Below, one piece after another: positions 50,827-57,668 of a stretch of DNA of 64,000 nucleotides (position 1 is its first letter; each line of letters starts with the position of its first letter). A program made the position numbers and the translations under genes. This DNA is from a virus. The stretch lies in the IMG/VR virus record IMGVR_UViG_3300027631_000014, positions 1 through 64,000 of that record; one strand, written 5' to 3'. Below the pieces are notes generated by a model. It was given only the letters and a program-made list of their open reading frames with translations, was not told where the DNA came from and did not search any database.

Positions 50827-51459
50827 ATGGAATTACTAAAAAAATCAAATGGGAACATTTCCCGCACCCCAGAACAAATAGAACAAATGATTGATGAAGC
50901 ATCTATTCATTATGGTAATTTTTTAAAAGCAGTAGGTTTTGACTTCACAGCAGATAAACAAACAGAAAACACACCTCGTCGAGTAGCTAAAGCATGGTTA
51001 AAAGATTTAATCATAGGATCAGTATCAAATGAACCAAATATTACTACATTTCCTAACGACGAAAATTATACAGGTTTAGTAATTCAAAGTGGTATTCCTA
51101 TCACTAGTATGTGTGCCCACCACAATTTAGCATTTACAGGATTTGCTACAGTAGCTTATATACCTGGAGAAAAAGTAATAGGATTAAGTAAATTAAATCG
51201 TATTGTAGAATGGTTCTCAAGACGTCCTCAAATGCAAGAATCACTTACTCAACAAGTACATGACTATATTTCAGACAAAATGGAATGTGAATCAGTAGCT
51301 GTAAGTGTAGCTTGTAAACATACATGTTGTTCACATAGAGGTATTAAACATCCATCTACAATGACTACAAATAAATTTAGTGGTGTATTTATGGAACCAA
51401 GTAATATGATTAGAGATGAATTTTTACATGCAATATCTACCAATGGAGCAAAATTCTAA
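50827..51459 (+). CDS. folE: GTP cyclohydrolase I
   Basis: TP-RVAK, SMCAHH, AYIP, GLSKL-R, RRPQ-QE-LT, H-C---RG. Confidence 0.93.
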   Translation: MELLKKSNGNISRTPEQIEQMIDEASIHYGNFLKAVGFDFTADKQTENTPRRVAKAWLKDLIIGSVSNEPNITTFPNDENYTGLVIQSGIPITSMCAHHNLAFTGFATVAYIPGEKVIGLSKLNRIVEWFSRRPQMQESLTQQVHDYISDKMECESVAVSVACKHTCCSHRGIKHPSTMTTNKFSGVFMEPSNMIRDEFLHAISTNGAKF

Positions 51460-51610
51460 ACACCCCGACCCTAAACTACATAAACAAATTAGTTTTCTTA
51501 AATCCGGAATTCGAATAGCAGGATATTTTATCTTGCCGTTCAATTTAGGAATAGGAGCAGCAGTATTAGTACTATCAGAAGTAATAGGAATAATTGAAGA
51601 AATGGTATAA
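51443..51610 (+). CDS. Small membrane protein
   Basis: ISFLKSGIRI...EVIGIIEE; hydrophobic. Confidence 0.6.
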   Translation: MEQNSKHPDPKLHKQISFLKSGIRIAGYFILPFNLGIGAAVLVLSEVIGIIEEMV

Positions 51611-51876
51611 TGAAAGAAAAAATAAAAGAAGCATTAACACTAGGCGTAATACAAATTATTTTATATTCAATTTTATGTATAAATTTTAGAGCAGTAGCTC
51701 AAGCACATTATCATGAAGCTGCATTAACTGATTTTTTAGTTGCCTCAATGAATTTTTTTGTAATTAGAAAAATAGCTCAATCTACAGATACTTTACATCA
51801 GTGGATTGGTTATGTAACTGGATCAGTGATAGGATCATATGTAGGAATTTTTTTGTCAGTATTATTAAATAGTTAG
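51610..51876 (+). CDS. Small three-TM membrane protein
   Basis: Hydrophobic helices, GSVIGSYVG. Confidence 0.65.
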   Translation: MKEKIKEALTLGVIQIILYSILCINFRAVAQAHYHEAALTDFLVASMNFFVIRKIAQSTDTLHQWIGYVTGSVIGSYVGIFLSVLLNS

Positions 51877-51916
51877 GATTACAAGATTTTTAAACGTATA
51901 TTTAATTAAAAGAAAA

Positions 51917-52228
51917 ATGAAAAAACTACTAATACTTAGTTCAGCACTACTAATAGGTTGTGCGACTATTAAGAAAATAGACACTACAGGATTTCGTTCT
52001 GAACAAAATACTATTTTTTATGAACAAGATACAGTTGCAACTTTAAGTGCAATTGAATATTCCATAGACAATGGTAAGTACGTCAAAGAAATGACTTTTA
52101 AATTGTTGAATATGAAACATGCAGATAAAGTTCAAAATCTACTTTATTTTATTCACAAAAGACATAAAGACTGGGAAATTGAACTTGACTATCCTATCAC
52201 TAACTTTAAAATAAACAAAGGTGAATAA
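51917..52228 (+). CDS. Putative lipoprotein
   Basis: MKK + hydrophobic stretch + LIGC lipobox. Confidence 0.65.
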   Translation: MKKLLILSSALLIGCATIKKIDTTGFRSEQNTIFYEQDTVATLSAIEYSIDNGKYVKEMTFKLLNMKHADKVQNLLYFIHKRHKDWEIELDYPITNFKINKGE

Positions 52229-52562
52229 ATTATTTGCTGGTATTGTGTTTGGAATTATAGCACAAATTATAGTTTTCTTTCAACTACAAGGTCAATTAAA
52301 ATATGATTGGTTTAAGAATAACTATTGGTTAGTTGTCTTAATGGGTATACCCTCTTCTATGTTTTTTATGTATTCTGTGAAGAATTTAGTATTGGCATAC
52401 AACGGAGAAATGTGGCCTTCAAGACTAATTGGATTTTCATTAGGTGCGATTGTGTTTACTTATTTTAGTTGGTCTTTATTTGGAGAGCCATTTACCACTA
52501 AAACTATCATATGTTTAGTATTAGCTCTCTCTATATTAATGGTTCAATTGTTTATGAAATGA
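52221..52562 (+). CDS. Four-TM SMR/DMT-like membrane protein
   Basis: Four hydrophobic segments; LF-EP---K-IICL-L. Confidence 0.55.
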   Translation: MNKLFAGIVFGIIAQIIVFFQLQGQLKYDWFKNNYWLVVLMGIPSSMFFMYSVKNLVLAYNGEMWPSRLIGFSLGAIVFTYFSWSLFGEPFTTKTIICLVLALSILMVQLFMK

Positions 52563-53080
52563 TGAAAGAAGACGAAGATAATTTATGGTGTAACTACAGT
52601 GGAATGCCATCACCTATGTCATATATGAGGTGTGATAAATGTGATGAAGTTACATACGAATGTAAATGTAAAGAAAAAACAAATATGAATAAAGAACAAC
52701 AAGAGCTATTGGATGAGGCTTATAAGAATTATAAAAGAATCACGCATGAAACTAATGAAAAGAATCATTATGGTGAGTATTCCAAATGGGGTGATAACCC
52801 ACTAATCTCAGGGGTTCAGCATTTAACAAAAGATTCATTTATTCAAATGATAAAAATTAATTCTGAGTTCTCTGAAAAGTGGGGATTGAAAATTGATGAA
52901 CGAGAGTTGAGTTTGGAAGAGAGAATGGACTTAATCGATAAAATGCACCTTCGTTCCTATTCTGGTTGGCAAAATTGGAGTGTCGAAGAAATGGAGGATC
53001 GAATGAATAACGATTGGAATATCCCAACCCGACTAATTACAGTAACATATAATAATAAAACAATAGAAAGCTATGAGTAA
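52559..53080 (+). CDS. Free-standing protein homologous to the thyA inserts (core from ATG 52685; Cys-rich 42-aa in-frame leader)
   Basis: YKNY, FI--IK---EF--KWG, RELSLEER and IPTR all match segments of the downstream thyA. Confidence 0.75.
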   Translation: MMKEDEDNLWCNYSGMPSPMSYMRCDKCDEVTYECKCKEKTNMNKEQQELLDEAYKNYKRITHETNEKNHYGEYSKWGDNPLISGVQHLTKDSFIQMIKINSEFSEKWGLKIDERELSLEERMDLIDKMHLRSYSGWQNWSVEEMEDRMNNDWNIPTRLITVTYNNKTIESYE

Positions 53081-53474
53081 AACAATACCTGTAAAATACA
53101 ATGACGAAATTGTTGGATATACAACAGACGAAGGAAAGACAATTCAATTTAATGATAGCGATGCATCAAAAAGGGTGAACGAAATGCTTAGTCAAAAACA
53201 AACGGTATGGGTTTCATCAAGAGCGATTGGTGAAATTAAAAGTGACAACACGGTTGAAGAAAAAGAAAAGATATCATACGATATATCACACTTTGAAAAC
53301 ACAACGATAAAACAATTGAAAGTTATGAATAAAGAACAAGCAAAAGACGCACTAATTGAAGTGCTAATGAATCAAGTAATGGACTTATCAATGATGTCTA
53401 AAATTGAATTAGGTGATGATGTAATCGCTGAAATTAAACGACTAAAAGAAATTATTAATGATCAGACTCATTAA
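53073..53474 (+). CDS. Hypothetical protein, probably a fusion of two cassettes (second ATG 53325, MNKEQ...)
   Basis: Internal copy of the 53055-53081 junction at 53307-53333. Confidence 0.6.
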   Translation: MSKTIPVKYNDEIVGYTTDEGKTIQFNDSDASKRVNEMLSQKQTVWVSSRAIGEIKSDNTVEEKEKISYDISHFENTTIKQLKVMNKEQAKDALIEVLMNQVMDLSMMSKIELGDDVIAEIKRLKEIINDQTH

Positions 53475-53658
53475 AACACAAGAAGAACTTGAAGCATATC
53501 AAAAAGAGGTTCGTAACAGACAGTACGAAACAAATCCTGTGACAGCTGAGTTTGGTGATGGATTTGATAATCTAGAACCTTACAATTTTGATATTGAATA
53601 CATAAAAATAACAAGAGTTGATAATCACGAAATTATAGAACGAGTAAAATATGAATAA
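53458..53658 (+). CDS. Hypothetical protein
   Basis: 66 aa; stop overlaps the next start (ATGAATAA). Confidence 0.6.
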   Translation: MIRLIKTQEELEAYQKEVRNRQYETNPVTAEFGDGFDNLEPYNFDIEYIKITRVDNHEIIERVKYE

Positions 53659-53806
53659 CCTAGATAAACTGACAGTAGATAAAGTGGATAAATTTCTTAA
53701 AGAATTGTCTGAGGCGAATGTCGGTATAAGAAGAAAGTTATTAGCCATGAAAAAATTTTTAGAGAAAGAAACTATATTATTAAATAACAATGAACAAACT
53801 AAATAA
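53651..53806 (+). CDS. 51-aa protein starting MNNLDK, missing from the ORF track
   Basis: Translated by hand; start copies the thyA 5' end. Confidence 0.6.
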   Translation: MNNLDKLTVDKVDKFLKELSEANVGIRRKLLAMKKFLEKETILLNNNEQTK

Positions 53807-54044
53807 AACATACACAGACCCATTTCTAGGAGAAATAGAACTTTTAAAAGTTGGTGAAACATCTATGAACCTTATGGGTGAATCGGTAGTTCATACAATA
53901 TACACAGACAAATTTAATGGACATTACTATATTGATACTTGGACTACAACAGGGGGTGACCCAATTCCAATGAAGATAATACCTAAACGAGTAATAGATA
54001 AAATAATTCAAATAGAAAACGAAAAATTACCAAATGGAAAATAA
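53790..54044 (+). CDS. Hypothetical protein starting MNKLNKTYTD
   Basis: First 31 nt match the thyA start at 27/31. Confidence 0.65.
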   Translation: MNKLNKTYTDPFLGEIELLKVGETSMNLMGESVVHTIYTDKFNGHYYIDTWTTTGGDPIPMKIIPKRVIDKIIQIENEKLPNGK

Positions 54045-54477
54045 ACTAGATAAAGAACTAATAACACTAACAAAAAGTGATGTAATGTTTCTTATAGCAA
54101 GTGCTATGGGTTATGGATGGAATGAAGCATCTTCACATAGAAGTATTGAAGAATGTAATAAACGAAAAGAATTAGAACAAGAAAGATTACTTGAATGGAC
54201 TATACATTTATCTAATGGATTTCTTAAAGAACATACTCATCACAACCCATATGAAATGTATGATGTGAGTAAGGTTGAAAAATTAAAAGAAAAGTATAAC
54301 TTTGAATTGATTGATGATGTAACTCATAGGATTAATGATAAACCTTATTTTGTAGAAAGTTACAATTCTGGTTTAATGCAATTTTTAGAGTCGTACAAAG
54401 ATAAAAAAATGTACATTTATAGTAAATCATTACCACTCAAGCCTTGGGCCACCACTATTAGAGCAATTGTAATTTAA
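54034..54477 (+). CDS. Hypothetical protein starting MENKLDK
   Basis: 147 aa; AATAAACTAGATAAA identical to the thyA 5' end. Confidence 0.65.
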   Translation: MENKLDKELITLTKSDVMFLIASAMGYGWNEASSHRSIEECNKRKELEQERLLEWTIHLSNGFLKEHTHHNPYEMYDVSKVEKLKEKYNFELIDDVTHRINDKPYFVESYNSGLMQFLESYKDKKMYIYSKSLPLKPWATTIRAIVI

Positions 54478-54478
54478 A

Positions 54479-55918
54479 ATGAATAAACTAGATAAACAAT
54501 ACACAGACCTACTCCAAGACATCTTAGATAATGGAGTAACAAAAAGTGACCGTACAGGCACAGGAACGCTATCAGTATTCGGAAGACAGATTCGTCATAA
54601 AATGAGTGATGGGTTTCCTTTACTCACAACTAAAAAGATGGCTTGGAAATCAGTGGTAACTGAATTGTTATGGTTTTTAAGAGGAGATACCAACATCAAA
54701 TACCTTGTAGATAATGGTTGTCATATTTGGGACGGTGATGTGTATAAGAATTACAGAAGTAAAGCCTCTATGAGTAACGATAAAGATTGTTTAGTTAGAC
54801 AAGAAGAAGGTTCGTTGCTTAAAGAAATGAGACTTTTTACACAAGAAGAATTCATCAACAAAATAAAAACAGATGATGAGTTTGCTAATAAGTGGGGTGA
54901 TTTAGGTCCCGTGTATGGGAAGCAATGGAGGAGTTGGGGTGAAAGATATTCATCTTGGGAAAAATTTGAAGGTGGGATTGTTCCTGATGGTGTAGAAATA
55001 AAAAGTTTTGTACACAAAGGATTAATGACAAGAAAAAAAATAAAAGGTATAGACCAAATCGCAAACCTTATCAACGACCTTAAAACAAACCCAGACTCAA
55101 GACGATTAATGGTTTCAGCTTGGAATGTTGGAGAATTGGATTCAATGGTTCTTCCACCATGTCATTATGGATTTCAAGTTTATACAAGAGAGTTGAGTTA
55201 TGAAGAAAGATGTGATGTGTTTCAATTTACTACTGATTTCAACAAGGAAACCAGAGAACACCTTAAAGAATTCAATAATGATATTATGAATGACTATAAC
55301 ACCCCAACACGAGCAATCTCTCTAATGTGGAATCAACGTTCAGTAGATACATTCTTAGGTTTACCATTCAATATAGCATCTTATGGTTTACTATTAGAAA
55401 TCATCGCTAAAGCAGTTAATATGGTTCCTGATGAGCTAATTGGAAATTTAGGTGATGTACACCTTTACAGTAACCATGTTGAACAAGCAAAGGAACAGAT
55501 TGGTAGAGAGCTGAGTTTAGAAGAAGTTAAAAAAATCTATATTGATTGGAGCTTGTTAAAAAGTTCTGGAGGTTATGCTGGTGATATTAAAGCAGATATT
55601 TGTGAATTCACTAATCAGATATTTATTGATGGGTGGAAAAATAATAAAGACCCTTTCACAGGTAAACCTTTAATTGAACTTGAATGTTTTTTATTAAACT
55701 CCATTCACACAAGGCAACCATTCCCATTACCAACATTAAACATCAATGCAGAGTTCTGGCCAACAGAAAATGGTTCATGTGGAGAAGGACCATTAGATGC
55801 TATAGCAATATTTAACGGATTTAAAGATGATAATTTTTGTAAATGTTTATTAGAGGAAGATATACAATTAAGTAATTATGTATCTCATCCAAGCATTAAA
55901 GCACCTTTATCAAATTAG
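54479..55918 (+). CDS. thyA: Thymidylate synthase with multiple in-frame inserts (479 aa)
   Basis: DRTGTGT, FPLLTTKK, ELLWF, GPVYGKQWR, DSRR, LPPCH, QRSVD--LGLPFN, GD-HLY-NH. Confidence 0.96.
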   Translation: MNKLDKQYTDLLQDILDNGVTKSDRTGTGTLSVFGRQIRHKMSDGFPLLTTKKMAWKSVVTELLWFLRGDTNIKYLVDNGCHIWDGDVYKNYRSKASMSNDKDCLVRQEEGSLLKEMRLFTQEEFINKIKTDDEFANKWGDLGPVYGKQWRSWGERYSSWEKFEGGIVPDGVEIKSFVHKGLMTRKKIKGIDQIANLINDLKTNPDSRRLMVSAWNVGELDSMVLPPCHYGFQVYTRELSYEERCDVFQFTTDFNKETREHLKEFNNDIMNDYNTPTRAISLMWNQRSVDTFLGLPFNIASYGLLLEIIAKAVNMVPDELIGNLGDVHLYSNHVEQAKEQIGRELSLEEVKKIYIDWSLLKSSGGYAGDIKADICEFTNQIFIDGWKNNKDPFTGKPLIELECFLLNSIHTRQPFPLPTLNINAEFWPTENGSCGEGPLDAIAIFNGFKDDNFCKCLLEEDIQLSNYVSHPSIKAPLSN

Positions 55919-56424
55919 CGATATTTATTAGTATGATACGATTAATTGATTTATTAAGAGAAGTCGGTGAAGGAACATCCCAAACGTATAAGTGGGAAGA
56001 GTTATCATCTGATAGATGGTTTACAATTGTCAGTTTTACAACTGATTCTGAAACTGAGTATCAAGTTGAGCTAGAGTATTTTAAGAGTAGTTTCCCATTT
56101 GCAACTGGGTTACCTGGAATTGCACTAGAATTTGTAGCTAAACTTAAAGGAGAGGATGAGTTTTCAAACACTGTCGTAACAAATAAAGGAGAGGTGTATA
56201 AGGTAATGGCTACTATAGTTAATATAGTTCAGCAATACTTAAAAGACAATAAGATTATTACATATACACCAGAGAAGAAGGCGGGAGAAGAGTTTGGTAA
56301 GAAGAGAGATAGTTTGTATAAAGCATTTATTACTAAAAAGTTTCCTAATGTGGAGTTTAAACAAGTGGGAGAGGTGATAATAGCAATCTTACCCAATCAT
56401 TAATAAAGCACCTTTATCGAATTA
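55897..56424 (+). repeat. 21-bp direct repeat (55897-55917 and 56404-56424) flanking gene 55933
   Basis: TAAAGCACCTTTATC(A/G)AATTA, 20/21 identical, each followed by ATATTTATTA. Confidence 0.9.
55933..56403 (+). CDS. Leader-bearing hypothetical protein (MIRLIDLLRE...)
   Basis: 156 aa, own late motif at 55921; similar to 43259. Confidence 0.75.
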   Translation: MIRLIDLLREVGEGTSQTYKWEELSSDRWFTIVSFTTDSETEYQVELEYFKSSFPFATGLPGIALEFVAKLKGEDEFSNTVVTNKGEVYKVMATIVNIVQQYLKDNKIITYTPEKKAGEEFGKKRDSLYKAFITKKFPNVEFKQVGEVIIAILPNH

Positions 56425-56450
56425 AGTTATATTTATTATAAAACATAACC

Positions 56451-57110
56451 ATGAAACTAACACAAACATCATTCCCAGCAACACAGTATTTTACTGAGGA
56501 ACACCCAAAAACACAAATATATTTACATCACACCGCTGGAAACCCAGATCCATTTGGAACATTTGGTTGGTGGACAAACAATCCTGAAAGAGTTGCAACA
56601 TGCGTAAGTGTTGGAGGAAAGCCAAAAGTAAACTCTAAATGGGAAGATGGCGAAATAGTACAAGGATTCTCAAGTAAACAATGGGCTTACCATTTAGGAC
56701 TAAAGCAAGACGTATTCAGCTACAATGGAGTACCTTACAAGTCACTAGACAAAATATCAATTGGTATTGAAATATGTAATTGGGGTCAACTATCTTACAC
56801 AAATGGTAAATACTATAATTACGTTGGAGGTGTTGTTAAAGCTGATGAAGTATGTGAACTTGAAACTCCATTTAAAAAATATAAATTCTTTCATAACTAC
56901 ACAGATGCTCAAATTGAGGCAGTTAGAGAGTTGTTAGTGTTATGGAATTTAAAATACAACATTCCTTTAAAATACAATGAAGATGTTTGGGATATAAGTA
57001 AACGTGCTTTAAAAGGCGAACCGGGTGTTTACACCCACAACAGTGTTCGTAAAGACAAAGTAGATATCTATCCTCATCCTAAAATGATTGCAATGTGGAA
57101 ATCTTTATAG
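56451..57110 (+). CDS. N-acetylmuramoyl-L-alanine amidase (endolysin)
   Basis: LHHTAG, WAYH-G, SIGIE, YTDAQ, THNSV--K-D-YP. Confidence 0.88.
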   Translation: MKLTQTSFPATQYFTEEHPKTQIYLHHTAGNPDPFGTFGWWTNNPERVATCVSVGGKPKVNSKWEDGEIVQGFSSKQWAYHLGLKQDVFSYNGVPYKSLDKISIGIEICNWGQLSYTNGKYYNYVGGVVKADEVCELETPFKKYKFFHNYTDAQIEAVRELLVLWNLKYNIPLKYNEDVWDISKRALKGEPGVYTHNSVRKDKVDIYPHPKMIAMWKSL

Positions 57111-57134
57111 TAAATTAAATTAACAAATATTTTA

Positions 57135-57162
57135 AAGAGGCTTGGTTTACCAAGCCTTTTTT
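57135..57162 (+). terminator. Intrinsic terminator overlapping the promoter at 57142
   Basis: AGGCTTGGT/ACCAAGCCT inverted repeat and T tail. Confidence 0.85.
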
Positions 57163-57188
57163 CTTATATTTAAATAAAAAATAAAGTT

Positions 57189-57665
57189 ATGGAAAAAAAA
57201 CAAATACCATTTATCTCCGAAGTAGAGACATTTAATGAAGTAATGGGTAAAGGTTGGCAGAACAGAACTACTCCAACTATTGATCCTAAAGATGCACAAT
57301 TTGTAATTGACTTCATAACTGAAGAACTTGATGAATTAAAGCAAGCAGTAGAAGAAAACGACATAGTAGGAGTATTAGATGCTATATTAGATATTACTTA
57401 TGTAGGATTAGGAAATGGTGCTTTGGTGTTTGGTTTAAAAGATAAAATCGAACCAGGTTATGCTGAAGTACAAGCATCTAATTTATCTAAGGTTTGTAAA
57501 ACAGAAGAAGAAGCAAATCAAACAGTTATTAAACGTTCTAAAGAACAAGATGAACCATGTCACTTTGAAAAAATAGGAGACTATTGGATTGTGTATAGAA
57601 CTAGGGATATGAAGGTAATGAAATCAATAAATTATTTTAAACCAGATTTAAAGAAATTCTTTTAA
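57189..57665 (+). CDS. MazG-like/all-alpha NTP pyrophosphohydrolase
   Basis: EELDEL, DA-LD--YV--G, EV--SN-SK, KV-KS--Y--PDL. Confidence 0.85.
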   Translation: MEKKQIPFISEVETFNEVMGKGWQNRTTPTIDPKDAQFVIDFITEELDELKQAVEENDIVGVLDAILDITYVGLGNGALVFGLKDKIEPGYAEVQASNLSKVCKTEEEANQTVIKRSKEQDEPCHFEKIGDYWIVYRTRDMKVMKSINYFKPDLKKFF

Positions 57666-57668
57666 TAA

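Noticed and set aside
54479-55918. thyA inserts as inteins or introns, or ThyA as a dCMP hydroxymethylase
   Set aside because: No C/S...HN intein ends, frame fully open, inserts short; the Asn in LPFN indicates dUMP specificity.
52559-56424. Diversity-generating retroelement or integron as the cause of the repeats
   Set aside because: No reverse transcriptase or tyrosine recombinase in the window, no long TR/VR pair with adenine-specific mismatches, and no attC-like palindromes seen.
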